Positions 1 to 15,100 of a DNA stretch of 64,000 nucleotides are shown piece by piece (position 1 is the stretch's first letter; each line of letters begins with the position of its first letter). A program made the position numbers and the translations under genes. Under the pieces are notes generated by a model. It was not told the origin of the DNA, made no database searches, and was given only the letters and a program-made list of their open reading frames with translations. The DNA is from Torpedo marmorata (taxonomy: Eukaryota): positions 136,834,001 to 136,898,000 of the forward strand of contig OZ360221.1 in the NCBI GenBank assembly GCA_977017645.1, given 5' to 3'.

Positions 1-1778
1 CCCTTAGAGAATCAGAGCGGAAAACTGTGTGTGGAGCCTAGAGAAATGGGGGAGATATTGAACAGTTTCTTTTCTTCGGTATTCACCAAGGAGAAGGATA
101 TTGAGATATGCGAGATAAAAAAAGCAAATTGGGTAAATATGGAGAATATAGGGATTACGAAAGATGTAGTGTTAGGGCTTTTGAGGAATATAAAGGTGGA
201 TAAGTCTCCGGGACCCGACAGGATCTTCCCCAGGACCTTGAGAGAAGTAAGTGAAGAAATAGCAGAGGCTCTGACGGTGATTTTCCAAAGGTCATTAGAG
301 ATGGGGATAGTGCCGGAGGATTGGCGTATTGCGCATGTGGTTCCGTTATTTAAAAAGGGTTCAAGGAGGAAGCCTGGCAATTATCGGCCTGTAAGTTTGA
401 CGTCTGTGGTAGGTAAATTAATGGCGAAAGTTCTCAGAGATAGTACTTATAAATATCTGGATAGGCAGGGTCTGATCAGGAACTCTCAACACGGATTTGT
501 GAGCGGAAGGTCCTGTTTGACCAATCTGATTGAATTTTTTGAAGAGGTGACTAGGAATGTGGATGAGGGTAGCGCAGTGGATGTTGTCTATATGGACTTC
601 CGTAAGGCCTTCGATAAGGTTCCGCATGGAAGGTTAGTTAGGAAGGTGCAGTCTTTAGGTATAAATTCTGAGATAGTCAAATGGATTGAACATTGGCTGG
701 AAGGGAGAGGCCAGAAAGTGGTAGTGGATAATTGTCTGTCAGGTTGGAGGCCGGTGACCAGCGGTGTGCCTCAGGGATCTGTATTGGGCCCATTGTTGTT
801 TGTTATATATATCAATGATCTAGATGATGGGGTGGTAAACTGGATTAGTAAATATGCAGATGATACTAAGATAGGTGGAATAGTGGATAATGAAGAAGGT
901 TTTCAAGGATTGCAGAGGGATTTGGGCTGCTTAGAAAAGTGGGCTGAAAAATGGCAGATGGAGTTTAATGCTGATAAGTGTGAGGTGCTTCATTTTGGTA
1001 AGAAGAATCAGAACAGGACATATGTAGTAAATGGGAGAGCATTGATGAATACAGAAGAGCAGAAAGATTTAGGAATAACGGTGCATCGTTCCCTGAAGGT
1101 GGAAACTCATTTGAATAGGGTGGTGAAGAAGGCATTTAGTATGCTGGCCTTTATCAATCATTGCATAGAATATAGGAGTTGGGAAGTGATGTTGAGATTA
1201 TATAAGGCTTTGGTGCGGCCTAATTTAGAGTTCTGTGTGCAGTTCTGGTCGCCAAATTATAGGAAGGATATCAACAAAGTGGAGAGAGTGCAGAGAAGGT
1301 TTACCAGAATGTTACCTGGGTTTAAGAATCTAGAGTACAAGGAGAGATTGAGCAGATTAGGTCTTTATTCTTTGGAGCGTAGAAGGTTGAGAGGGGATTT
1401 GATAGAGGTATTTAAAATTATGAAAGGGATAGACAGAGTGGATGTGGATAGACTATTTCCATTAAGAGTAGGAGAGATTGAAATAAGAGGACATGAGCTA
1501 AGAGTTAAGGGGCAGAGGTTTAGAGGTAACATGAGGGGGAACTTCTTTACTCAGAGAGTGGTAGCAGTGTGGAATGAGCTTCCGGGAGAAGTAGTGGCGG
1601 CAGAGTCAATTTTATTATTTAAGAAAAAGTTGGACAAGTATATGGATGAGAAGGAAGTGGAGGGTTATGGGCAGGGTGCAGGTAGGTGGGACTAGATAGG
1701 AATGTTTGGTTCGGTGCAGACTGGAAGGGCCTAATGGCCTGTTTCCGTGCTGTAATTGTTATATGGTTATATGGTTAT
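1..1778 (+). mobile_element. CR1-clade LINE, young family A; ORF2 RT and 3' UTR (runs off the left edge)
   Basis: Uninterrupted 554-aa RT frame 31..1695 ([20 protein letters not shown]); 3' tail of TATATGGT repeats; interrupts the 3' end of an L1 ORF2. Confidence 0.95.
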
Positions 1779-4700
1779 TGGTAGAGCATCTGATTTTTTC
1801 CAAAGTTAAACATGCCATCATATCGGATAGCCTTTGAGTATGAGGAGGAGGGACAGCATCTTTCCATTTCATCAGTATTGAACGTCTAGCAATAAGGGAA
1901 GCAAAGGAGATTACATGGGATTGAGAGACTGTTAAATTCAAGTCAGTTATCTTATTAATAGCACTGCTACAAATAGGGCAATTAAGGGATTTGGTCTCAA
2001 ATTTACATTAAGGACTAAAAATAAGGTACGTAAAATATCTTCCCAAAAAAGGGAAAGAGAAGAAAAAGACCAGAACATGTGTAATAGAGTACCTTCTTCG
2101 GTCCTGCACCTGTCACATTGAGAAGAAACGTTGGAGTAAAATTTAACCAATTGAACTTTAGAAAAGTAGGCTTGATGTACTACCTTAAATTGTAAAAGTG
2201 AGTGACGGGCACAAAAAGAAGAGGTATTTACTAATTTTAAAATAGAATCCCATGTAATATCCGAAAATAAAAGCTGAAGATATTGCTCCCATAACTTTTT
2301 AATTTTATCTAGGGAATTGTCCCTAGATTTAATAATAAATCATATATAGCTGATATCAGCTTTTTTGGATTCGGTTTAAATTTATAAATCATCCCTATAG
2401 TATTCATATAATTGTCCTGAGAAGTCTCAACAATAACAAATTTAAAAACTCCTAATTTGTAGGTGTCTAAAGAAGTGATGCTTGGGTAGATTGAATTTAG
2501 AAGATAGTTGTTCAAATGAAGCATAATTATTATCAATAAATAAATCTTGAACAGACTGGATACCAAACTTAAACCATTCACTAAAAGCCGAGTCTTGAAC
2601 AGAAGGTGAGAAAAAAGAATTAAATAATATAGGGCTAACAAGTAAAAATCAATGATATCCAAAAGATTTTCTAAATTGAAACCAGATTCTCAAAGTATGT
2701 TTAACAACAAAATTATCGGTAAACTTAGAAGCTGAAAAAGGTAATGGCGCTCCAAGTATCGAAATAAGAGAATATTTTTTAGTAGAATTAATTTCTAAAT
2801 TAATCCAATTTGATGCGTCCATTCTATCCTTATAATGAATCAAAAAAAATATACATCTAATATTAGCTGCCCAATAGTAAAATCTAAAATTAGGTACTGC
2901 CAAACCACCTTTCTTTTTCAGATTTTGTAGATAAACTTTACTAAGACGAGGATGCTTATTTTTCCAAATATATGAAGAAATAATTGAGTAAAGTGAATCA
3001 AAAAAAGTTTTAGGAACAAAAACAGGAACAGCTTGGAAGATGTATAAAAACTTAGGTAAAATGTTCATCTTAACAGCATTAATTTGCCCAATTAAGGACA
3101 TTGAAAGAGGAGACTATTGAGCTAAAGACTTCTTAATATAATTCAATAAAGTAAGAAAATTCTCTTTAAACAGATTATTGTAATTTTTAGTAATAGTGAC
3201 ACCTAGATAATTAAATTGATTTTTAACTATTTTAAAAGGAAAAACAGTATAGAGTATAGGGAACCAGAAGATTTCAATACAAACAGCTCACTTTTCTGAA
3301 GATTTAGTTTATACCCTGAAAATTGACCAATTTGGTGGAGCAGTGACAAAATAGATGGGATCGAATGATCAGGATCTGAAATAGACAACAAAAGATCATC
3401 CGCATATAAAGAAACCTTGTGAACACTTCCACCTCTTAAAATTCCAAAGATTTCACTAGATTGCTGAAAGGCCAGGGCCAATGGTTCTAATGCCAAATTA
3501 AATAATAAAGGGCTATGAGGACAACCTTGCCTAGTCCCACGGCAAAGATTAAAGGGTTTGGATTTTAAAGAGTTAGTAAAAATTGAAACAACAGGAGATA
3601 AATATAACAATTTGATCCAATTGATAAATTTAGGGCCAAAGTTAAATTTTTCTAGCATTTTAAATAGATAGTCCCATTCTACCCTATCAAAGGCCTTTTC
3701 AGCATCTAGGGAGATAACACACTCCGAAGGAGAAACAGGAGGGGAGTAAAAAATGTTTAATAAATGACGGATATTAAACTGTGAGTAGCATCCCTTAATA
3801 AACCCTGTTTGATCTTCAGAAATAATAAGAGGCATAATGTTATCCAACCAACAAGCCAATAACTCAGACAGAATCTTAGCATCAGCATTCAAAAGAGAAA
3901 TAGGCCTATAAGAGGTACAATCAGATAAATCCTTGTTCTTTTTGGGGATAAGTGAAATTGAAGCTTCATAAAAAGTAGCAGGTAATTTCCCAACAGTAAA
4001 AGATTCAGAAACCACTGAATCTAAATAGGGTACCAAAAATTGTGAAAAAGTTTTATAAAACTCAGCTGGGAGACCATCGGGACCGGGAACTTTGCTGGAT
4101 TGTAAAGACTTAATTGTTGCAGCGATCCCCTCAGAGGAGACAGGCTTATCCAACAATAACTGGTCTTGTGAGGAAAGCAAAGGAACAGTCAGCTTATCAA
4201 AAAATTTCTCCACACAGATTGAATCTTTAAGAGATTCTGATTTATAAAGGTTGGAATAAAATTGTCGAAACACTTCATTTATCTTTAAATGGTCAGTGGT
4301 AATCATCCCATTATCTTTACGAATTTCTGGAATAATTCGCTTAGCAGTGAAGCCTTTCAATTGATTAGCTAATAACTTTCCTGTTTTATCACCGTGTACG
4401 TGGAATTGAGATTTAATCTGCAAAAGTTGAATCTGAATAGGATAAGTAAGAAGTAAATTATACTTTGTTTTAAGTTCGACCCTTTTTTTTATAAAGCTCA
4501 GGTTTCAAAGTCGCAGCATATTGTTGGTCTATTAGTTTCAATTGATTGGCCAATTCATCTCTCTCCAAATTAGCTCTCTTTTTAACATTAACCATAAAAG
4601 AAATGATTTGACCTCTAATATATGCTTTAAAAGAGTCCCATATTACCAAACCAGAGACCTCCAAAAAGGAATTTGTTTCAAAGAAGAAGGCAATGTGATA

Positions 4701-7390
4701 TTTAATAAATTCTAAAAAATCAGGATCTGACAATAGAATAGAGTTCAAACACCATTGCTTAGTAAATCTAGGTAAATTCAGAATATTAATTGATAGAACA
4801 ACCGGAGAGTGGTCAGAAATTAATATGCTCTCATATTTACAAGAATGAATTAGTAGAATTAATTGTTTATCTGCAAGAAAATAATCGATTTGTCAATATG
4901 TATGATGTACCTTAGAAAAAAATAATTCCTTATCATTAGGATGAAAAAATCTCCAAGTGTCTATAATGCCACACTGTAGCATGAACGAGTTAATAAGCAT
5001 AGCTGACTTGTTTAAAGTGGCAATTTTAGGAGACGAATGATCAAGTGTAGGGTCTAACCAGCAGTTCAGGTCTCCTCCTATGATCAAAGAATATAGATTT
5101 AAATCCGGTAAGAGAGAAAAAAGCCATTCAAATAAATTTGGATCTTCAATATTAGGGCCGTAAACATTAACAAAAACAAAGAATTTATTATAAAGTTTAC
5201 CGGATAAAATCAAATAGCATCCATTAGGATCAGCAATTACATTGTGTTTAGTAAACGGAATAGATTGGTCTATCAGTATTGAGACACTTCTAGACTTAGC
5301 CATAAATGTGGAATGACATAATATATATGATATAAATGACATAATATATATAAATGACACTTGCTTATTCTTGGCTCATAATTTCAAAGTATCATCTTCC
5401 CATGCGTGAGCTATGATATTCCAAATTATTATCCCTTTAATCCAATAAATTCAATTCCTTGGTATCTACTTTTATCTGTTTTAATTCGTTAATTAAGCTT
5501 ATAAACATTTTACATAGTTTCTCAATAAAACTTCCATATAGTTGAATAATAAAGCATTTATGGTATTTAAGAGATACAAAAATATTTAAAGAGATGGAAG
5601 TGCTGTCCTTTCCAAAATCTCAACAAACGAAAGGTATCAGATAGACAAATATGAGTCTCTTGTAAAATAAGTATCCCTGGTTTAAATTTTTTAACATGTG
5701 AAAATATCTTACATCGTTTAATAGGATGATTCAAACCACAGACATTCCAGGAGATTATCTGAATATTTTTAGCCATCAGAAAATGTAAAGTCTAATATTA
5801 GAAGAAAAAGTACAATATTGAGATCAATATAATTAATAAGCAGTAACATTATAAACACTGTAAGGGTAACAAAGCAGCTGCATCTTTGCAACACCAAAAC
5901 AACTTCACATATGAAACCCAATCTACAACTACTCCCGCCCCTCCCCCAAAAAGCTATTCCAAGCTAACCTTGAAAATAGCAAGCAAGCAGAAAAAATCGA
6001 ACCTCCCCCATCTCTCTGTTTGGCAGCACTCCTAGAAATTAAAAAAAAACTAACCATGCTTCCATAACACACTAGTTTTGACTAAGTAGGAGACCAAAAG
6101 GTCAGAAAACAAATACATCTGTAACTGAACTTAGAATTTTAAACAAAATTTAAAAAGCTTCAAAGGAATAATCTAACACTGAATCGCAACTAATGAATAA
6201 TTATTAATTCAGAAAAAGGGGAATAGGACATTAACAGTCCTATAAAAAAATAGAAACATGTAAAGAAAAATGAACTTTTTCTCCCAACTATAAAAGTGGT
6301 CAACCAAAAAAAATCTGAAATTTCCAAAGAAACTGGTATACAGTAAATAAACGACAAGCAAAAGTTAAAAAATAACAATTAGAATGAATAACAGTCAAAC
6401 CTGGAATAACAACACTTTACTGAATAGCTGGGGCAGAAGGAGGTTGTTCCAGAAATTGCTGAGCAAGCTTAGGAGAATTTAGGCACTTCGTAGATTTGTC
6501 CGGCAAGGTGATTCGCAGTCGAGCTGGAAAAAGCAAGGATGGTTTAAAACCACCTTGGTAAAGCTGAGACATGACTTCTTTATACTGAGTACCTTCCTTC
6601 GTGATCTCTGCAGGGTAGTCTTCAACGTTCCGAATGCTCTGTCGAAGATATTGCAAAATCCCTCTTCACCGGGATTCCCGTATAAGTTGATCTTTGATCT
6701 GAAATCGATGTAGGCAGAGAATAATTGAACGAGGCTTGCCGCCAGGAGCTGGTTTAGGAACTAGCGATCTATGCGCCCTCTCAACGTTTGGTACGGTAGG
6801 CCGCAAATCTTGACCAAACACCTCACGGAGAAACTCAGCAAAGAATTTGGTAAGGTGGCCGGATTCAGTTTCTTCTCTCAGCCCAATAATTCTTAAATTG
6901 TTCCTTCTGCTCCTGTCCTCCAAATCTGTGACTTTCTTCAGTAGGATAACATTGGATCTGTTTAACTCAGTATTATCTCATTGTAAATCGATAAGCTGGG
7001 CTTCCAAAAATTCAGCTGAATGTTCCAGGTCCTTAATTTTGGTGTCGTGGATTTCAATAACAGTCTGTAGTTCATCCAGTTTACTTGTAAGCTGAGCAAT
7101 AGATACTTTAATGTCTTTACCATCATTTTTAGATTCTTTAACGTCCTTTCTCAGGTCTTTGATGTAAGCCAGAATAGTAGAAATCGTTTCCCCAGAAACA
7201 GTGATTTCTTCTTTTTTTCCCAGCTTTAGCAGCTTGTGTCGCCATAATAAACTTATTTAAGAAGAAGAAAAAAAAAAAAAAGAAAGAAAAGAAGTAACTT
7301 TGGAAAAAGGTATGGAAGCTGGAGGAATTAAAAAAAGGTTAGGAGCAGCTAATAGAAGCTGATACCCCATGGGCTGCCAGCAGGGACTCT
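1779..7390 (-). mobile_element. L1-clade LINE, near full-length and decayed (5' UTR, ORF1, spacer, ORF2 EN-RT-Cys)
   Basis: ORF1 from ATG at 7245 (coiled coil, EDRSRRNNLRIIGL, L1 RRM-like). ORF2 from 5776 ([49 protein letters not shown]) with many frameshifts. Confidence 0.93.
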
Positions 7391-7820
7391 CATAATCTTA
7401 TACACCTCTATTAAATCGCCTCACATCGTCCATCATGTCAAAGAGAAAATCCCTGGCTTGTTCAAAATTTTCTCATTGACATTTTCTCCAATCCAAGCAA
7501 CTTCCTAATAAATCTCGCCACCACATCCAAAACCTCCATATCAGTCCTATAATGAGGTGAACAGAACTGAACACAACGCTGTAAGTGTGGTTTAACCAGA
7601 GTATTCTGGAGCAGCAACATTACCTGTGGCTCATGAACTAATGAAGGCCAGCACACCATACACCTTCTTAACCACCTATCAACCTGGATCACAAGATCTC
7701 TCTGTTCCTCCACACTGTCAAGAATCCTGCCATTAACTATGTACGCTGCCTTCAAGTTAGACCTTCCAAAGTTCATCACTTCACACTTCTCTGCCTAACT
7801 CTGTATCCTGCCTATATACT
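7391..7820 (-). mobile_element. Old CR1 fragment (RT C-terminus), host of the L1 insertion
   Basis: Degenerate FGRSN..EEQRDL..CVQFCSPHYR peptide. Confidence 0.8.
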
Positions 7821-8699
7821 GTTGTAATCATAGCCTATTATATATTACATTTAGTATTTTACATTGTATCAACTGTAGTGTTACTTAGATTCTGAATGTT
7901 GCGGTTTGATGAGTCTTACCCCAACTGGATGGTTCAGTGCTGAATATAGGTGTCAAACATGACTTAGAGGCCTTCTGCCAACATGACATTTTAAATCTGC
8001 ACGAAGAGTTGGTGTAACTTGATTTATCCTGGACTTATTGTATCCTTGAACTTCTTCAATCTTTGTTTTGATAGATTTTGTGAGAGTTATCACATCAGTG
8101 CAACTTTCAGGCTATAATCTGCTATAGGTTGATAGAGATGGGCTAAAACCAAGCGCAACAACCAGAGGGTTAATCTGGCTGAGGTTTGAAGTGTGTCCAA
8201 CCAAATAATGCCAGTATTTCTGGGCTAGAGGACCTAATGTTGCATTAATGTTACAAGAACAGTGGTGAAATAATAGCCTAGATTTTTGATGCTGGTGTAC
8301 CCTGGAGTATTTACGGAAAACTAGGCACACACAATACATGAAGTGATAGCAGTTTTAAGCATTTGGACTTCTCCAATTGACAACTGTTTTGGATATCAAT
8401 TGGCAAAATGCTTCTCTGACTGCAGTGTTTGAATGACTATTCCATTGGCATCAGAAAACAAAATGTCTGACAATAATGAGTGCACATATTGGGCTGGATG
8501 GTTGGAGAGTGGTTCCCTGCAGGACTGTTGACTATCTGTAGGTCACCTGTCCATTCATTTTAGACTTCTCTATCGGCTCTGCATTGAGTCTGGGGGATTA
8601 GCCTGTACAGCTGAATAGCATTCCAGATCCATCTTCAAATTTTCCAATGACACCACAGTCGTATGCCAGATATTAAAATAGCAATGAGATGGAATAAAG

Positions 8700-8860
8700 G
8701 AAAGAGATTGGAGGTCCACTGGCATGGTGCCAAGATGACTTCAGGAGAGGGGAAGAGTCCACATTAACAGCACTGAAGTCGAAAGAGTAGATAGCTTCAA
8801 GTTCTTAAGAATAAATATCTCTAATGACCTGACTTGGGACAAACATGTTGATGCAATGGT
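8700..8860 (+). mobile_element. Degenerate Rex1/Babar-like RT fragment
   Basis: Encodes a VERVDSFKFL.INISNDLTW.KHVDA-like peptide, as in the Rex1 copies at 27-28 kb. Confidence 0.6.
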
Positions 8861-9052
8861 GTACCCCACACAAGTCTTAAATACATCTAATGTATGTGAT
8901 AAAACCTTTACCTGGTTGGAAATTGATCACCGCTTCGAATACTATTTTATAGACAATCATTTACAGCATTATTTTTGCATGTATTACAATTATTTTAAGT
9001 GTGCAACATTATTTCGCTTAAAGCTTTATTACCTGTGCAGTGAGATACTTAC

Positions 9053-9157
9053 TTGTAAGAAATATGTAACAAATGAAATTATTCCAATGATAAAGAACAG
9101 GAGAGAATAAAGATTAGCTTCTTTCCTGATCACATTAGGGTCAGTTTTAGTGAAGAC
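9053..9157 (-). CDS. ABCB5: ABCB5-like exon (TM8, [18 protein letters not shown]...YFLQ)
   Basis: cctag acceptor, gtaagt donor, 105 nt. Confidence 0.93.
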
Positions 9158-12100
9158 CTAGGAGAATGAAACAAAATCAGTGAACTTTGAGAGATTAAAT
9201 TGTACTGCAAGAGATAAGCAAGGTGCAGGAGAAAGATCTTGAGGGGCTAAAGGTTTATGATTTACCATTATAATCTATTGATGAGCAATTGATAAAAAAA
9301 TTGCACACTTACACTAATAATCTTTGCAAATATAATGCAAAAGGCAGGATGAGTTCCTCCATTGATAGTTGCAGCTAGGACTCCCACAGTTATGGCTGGC
9401 CATTCTGACTTATTCAGCTTGAATAGTTTTAGAAGTGAAACTTCTCGGAGCTTTACTTCCTTTTATGAAAAATGACAATAATAAAACAATCTGACTTATA
9501 CAGTATCTATACTGTAAACTCCAATAATCCATATCCTAAGATTTGGAATGACCTTCCGGCATCTAACCTGGCAACCCTTTGAGAAATTTACTTTTCAAAG
9601 AAACCTCCTCTGATTCTTCTAAATACTGTGTCCGCCTACTGATTCATCCAGGGAACATGGATAAAACTCCTCTGCACTCTCTTCAATGCAACCAAATCCT
9701 GAAGGGCAAGTCAAACCTTGAAGACCTTTATGAATGGTAAAGCAAGGTTTTGTAGGCAAATGGCCTTCCTTTTCTTCTATTCCTTAAGTTCTTACATATG
9801 ACAACTTTATTACCATAAATGGAACCCAAAATGAATTGATCTATGAAAGAATGCCAAGATTTTTAGCCCAGAAAATCTGTTGGCAATCAATAGCATGTCC
9901 TGCTCTTGGAGCTGCCAAGGCATTTCCAGCAGTGAAACCTTGGTGGTCTCTATCCATGGGGACATTAGGTCCTTGGTCTTTGCTGATTATGTCCATGTGG
10001 GCAAAGAGCATACATTTTAGGAAGGGCAAACTGAAGCCTTGCAGGTTAGTATAGATCGTCAGTGGTTCAGCCTTTTAATTATGATGAAGCTCCACTGTAG
10101 ATATCACATAACAACCTGATCAAAAATAACTCATGAATATAAAAATATATCAATTATAATCAACACTATAAAATAATTTTACTTATTTAATAGGATGGAG
10201 AGTACCGGTATATGTGACATTAAGTTTGTATTACCTCCATCTTACTTTCCTCCAATTTAGTTTCATTATGGGATATACTCTTTGTACTTGACAAGTTGGA
10301 TAATGTACGCTTGCAGGGAGGATATTCATTTTCATCTGTTGCTGTTTCATCATCTGATTCTTTTTCAACTTTCTCTGTACTTTTAAATTTCTTCCCAGAT
10401 ATCAAACAAACAAAGTAGTTATAATTAATGATGACATGGCCTTGTTAACTGCCAATTGGGTTGTACATTATTTTTCTGAACAGAAGCCATTTAAATAGTG
10501 ATTTCATTGGGACATTACAATGATATAAACTCTCGAACATAGAACAGTACAGGACAGAATAAGTGTCTTCAGCCCAAGATGTCTGGACTGAACATGATGC
10601 CCAAATTAAAATAAAACTCTTCTGCTTACACATGACACTCTATTCCTTGCATATTCATGTGTCTATCAAGAAGCCTCTTAGATGTTACTGTTTCATTTGC
10701 TTCCACCAGTACCCTTGGCAGTCCATTCCAGGAACCGACGATGCTCTGTCCCAAATATCTGCTTTAAACTTTTCCCTCTGCCTCACTTTAAACGTTAGTC
10801 CTCCAGTATATGATATTTGCAACCTGACTGTCTAACCTATCCATGGCTCTTATAATCTATCAGGTCTCCACTCAGCCTCAGATGCTCCAGAGAAAACAGT
10901 CCAAATTTGTCCAACTCTCCCTATATCTCATATCCTCTTATCTAGGCAGAATGCTGGTGAATCTCTTCTGTACTCTTTCCAAAGCCTTCACATCCTTCCT
11001 GTAGTGGGTGAACAGAATTACACACAATACTCCATGTGCAGCCAAACCAAGTTTTACCTAGTTGCAACATTTTATTCTTATACTCTGTGCCCCGATTAGT
11101 GAAGACAAGCATGTCATATACCTTTTTTTTTATCATGCTGTTTTATGGTCACTTTCAAAGAGCTATGGACTTGGACTCCCAGATCCCCCTGCACACCAAT
11201 ACTTTTAAGGGCCCTATCATTAAATGTATGCATTCCCCGTACATTTGACCCCCCCAAAAAGTAGCAACTCAACACTTATCTGGATTAAGCTCCATCTGTC
11301 ATTTCACTGCACATATCTGTAACAGATCTATATTCTGTTGTATTCTTTGATAGCCCTCTACATTGTCCACAACTCTAATGATCTTTGTGTTATCTAAAAT
11401 CTTACTAACCCATCCGCCCACTGTTTTATTCAAGTAATTTATATATTATATATCACAAACAACAGGGGTCCCAACACTGATCGCTGCAGACCACTGGTCA
11501 TGGACCTTCTGCTAGAATAACACCCTTCCACCCTTTGTCTTCTATGGGCAAGCCAATTCTGAATCCAAACCATCAATTCACCGTAGATCCCATGCATCTT
11601 TGTCTTCTGAATCAACCTTTCAAATGCCTTACTGAAGTCCACGTGGACAACATCCACTATCCTACCATCATCAATCACTTTAACAAAAACTCAATCAAAT
11701 TTGTAAGATATGAGCTGTACCACACAAAGCCATGCTGTCTTTCCATAATCTGACCATACCTTTCTAAATGTCTGTATTCCTATCCTTTAGTATCCTTTCC
11801 AATAGTTCCCAACCAGTGGTGTGAGGCTCACCAGTCTATAATTTTTGATATCATCCCTATTTCCCTTCTTGAACAAAGGAAAAAACATTAGCTACTCAAC
11901 CAGTCCTCTGGGATCTTGTCTGTTGCTACTGAGGATGCAAAGATCTTTATCAATGCCCCAGCAATTTCATCTCTTGCCTCGGTTCAATAACCTGGGATAT
12001 ATCCCATCAGGCCCTGGGGTCTTATCTACCTTAATGCTCTTGAAAAGAACAACTAAAAATAAAGTTTTGCCCAATATATGCTGATGAAGTGTTGACAGCT

Positions 12101-15100
12101 AGATAACCACATCTTCCAAAATTACAAGATTTCAAAATTATTAAAATTGTTTTTGAAACTTCCTGGGATTCAGTAACATTTAAAAACAATTTAAAAAGCA
12201 ATTCAATTGTTACATTTAAAAAAAATATTAAACATTAAAAATTATAACTCCTAAGAAAGTTACAATAATTAAACATTTCAGTATACTGTACTCATTAATA
12301 CTCATCTTGGGTAACTTGCAGCAGTTTTCTCCAGTAAAATTAATAGAATGACTGAACCTGTGCCAGGTCTAACCTGCCACCAATTTGGTGGCCAAATTCC
12401 CAACTGGATCTCAAATGGAGTCTAGTGGTGGAGTGTTTTTGAAAAAATCTTATCCACTACCAAGCAAGTAGTATCAAATTTTGAACATCAAACTGCTATT
12501 GCTCTCAGGAAGATCTAGCCAGGTATCTTGCCAGATCTACCTCATTGACAACCCAGATATTTCACTCCTTTCTTTATAGTCTTGACCTCTTAGAATATTG
12601 TAATAAATATTTTATATTTTTTTAAAAACCCATACAAGTTCATTAAATAATAATCTGGCATATTCAAGTATTATTTTAGCTACTCTAAATTTCCTTTGGA
12701 TTGGCCCCTATATATTTCATATTTTGAGAATATGCAAGAATAAATTGTGATTTATTGTTAATAGCTTTATGAATTCAGAATATCTTTTGAATCTAGCAAT
12801 TCTCTACCTAATCCATCTTGTATCTGATCAGTGTTTCTGAACTTTTTGCCCAGTAATCCTGTGCCAGATCCCTTTGCTTACCTCACTAAACTTGACTATT
12901 CTATATAGCGATTTTAACTTTGGTGGATTCTTCTACTTCTCCATGTTTATGTTGAAATCATGCCCAATTTCCAGTATTTCCAAATTATTCTTTGCTCAAT
13001 CAGTTATATTTGTTCCACTTATTTGTTTAATTTGAATTATTATTTGCATTTGCGGAATTGTCTAGTAATGCTGAATTAATTTTGGATTTTTGATAATTTT
13101 GAAATGGTTGTGATGGACCTTGCCCAGAAGCTTAAGCAGACCTTATGGTTTGGGTCAAGACAGCTTGGATTTTGAGAGAAAACTCAGTATTTCTCTATGT
13201 TAGAAGCTCAGGATTTACACTTATGTGAGCATGACATGGAAGTGTCAAGTTGGATGGCCTCTCTTTGCCAGTCTTACCTTGACTCCACTCAACCTGGAGT
13301 CTACCAATTGAGCATGAAGCAGAGGAATGGTTAGGATCAAGACGAACATCAGGTAATATACAAGCCCTTTGATTTATTTGCTTAGTTTATAACTCATAAT
13401 AATACAAGATGAGTCCTTTAGCAAAGGAAATAGTACCTGTGCTTTTACAAGTGAATGGTAAATTCCATAATTTTGCATCAGTTCTGCATGTGTCCCCTGT
13501 TCTACGAGAACTCCATTTTGAAAGCTTGCTATCATATCTGCAGTCCTAATTGTGGACAGGCGGTGAGCAATAATGATTGTAGTACGTCCTTTACTTGCCT
13601 GTGGAAGTTAGAAAAGCATCATGGCAACAATTACAAGATTTTCATTATTTTTTAAAACATAATTGCTCATGTTAAATTTTATAATTTGATTTAAAAAGGT
13701 AATACTTGCAAGAAAAATTACAATCAATTGTTTCCTTGCCATTTTCTGGGAAATAAAAAAATGGACCCTTGCCTACATTAACCACATTTCGAAAGAAAAT
13801 AACAACAAAGCAAATAAAATGAATTTTCATGGGATGTTCTTCTGAGTATTAGCCAAAACTTTGCACAAACAGGGTACATATGTCTTTTTTTGTCTCTTCC
13901 TCAAAATTATATGATGTGAATCAGAGGGGGAGGGAATAAAAAGGATACCATGTGAGATTTTTAAGGAGATGCTCAATGGACTAACTGTTTATCCTTCCTC
14001 GCACATTTTTTTCTAGTACCTGTTTTCATTATGTTTAGTAGTAAACACTCATGTCTTTTCCGCAGGCATATCTTACAACCCGTATGCACCAGAATAAATA
14101 TTAATTAACAGTATTATGAACTCCCGTTTCATTTAGGGACTGTCACTTTAAGGGTTAACAAATCAAGCTACAAACATGCACAACTGTGGAGAGACTGGGG
14201 TGGCAACAATCAGGTATGGACTATGCCCAAAGTTGATACTTTGAAGAGAAGAGAGGAAATGTGCTGCTTTTCCAGGGACACAGGTGGGGAGAGTCATGTG
14301 ACCAAAACTTAAAGGAGCAGCTCACTTTGGGATAAGCAGCTCTCTCATGAACACTGAATTGGGGAGACTCTGTGTGGTACTGGACAAATTGTCTTATTCT
14401 CCCTGCCAGGGGAATAATTATTGAACCCCACCATGACCAAAAGAAAGGTAATTTTGAAGGGGAATTATAGAACCACACCATGACCAAAGAAAAGGTCACT
14501 TTGATTGACCCATATCTGGGTAAAGGATTTGGATTGTGACTATTGTGATGGTCATTTCAAACAAACCCGTGCCGGGGTTTTGGAAGTATTGTGGAAGTCA
14601 CACATTTTGTTTCCCCTACGAAAGGAAAAGGGGAGTTGTGGCAATCGTTCGTGAGAAAGGACATTTTTCTGGAAGCAACTCGACAAGGATTTGTGAGTTT
14701 TCAGCAGTCTGGTCGCTCAGTCTCTCCCACCTCCTTCGTGATTACTTCTTTGCATCAGTTTAAGAGTCTTCATTTCAGGAGGGATCCAGTTATAAAAGGA
14801 TTCAAGGTGGACCAGATGGATCACAACATTAACTTCTTTGCAGATTATGTATTGTTATATCTAACAGACCCGGCTGAGTCTTTAACCAAACTGCAGACTA
14901 TACTGGAGGATTACGGTATGATTTCAGGATATAAAATAAATTTAGACAAAAGTGAAATCATGCCACTGACAAAATTTGACTATAAAAAATATCAACAAGG
15001 GAGTTGCTTTAAATGGCAACCGGAAGGCATTAAGTATTTAGGGATAAGGACTGATAATTTACAGAAATTATATAAACTCAACTACCTCCCGATGCTTGGA

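Noticed and set aside
1-9052. Next ABCB5 exon (G..GEILT.RLR motif)
   Set aside because: Not found in the non-repeat sequence 7820-9050; it probably lies beyond the left edge.
9836-10054. Overlapping 60-70 aa ORFs between ABCB5 exons
   Set aside because: No homology or splice logic; the neighbouring exons already join in frame.
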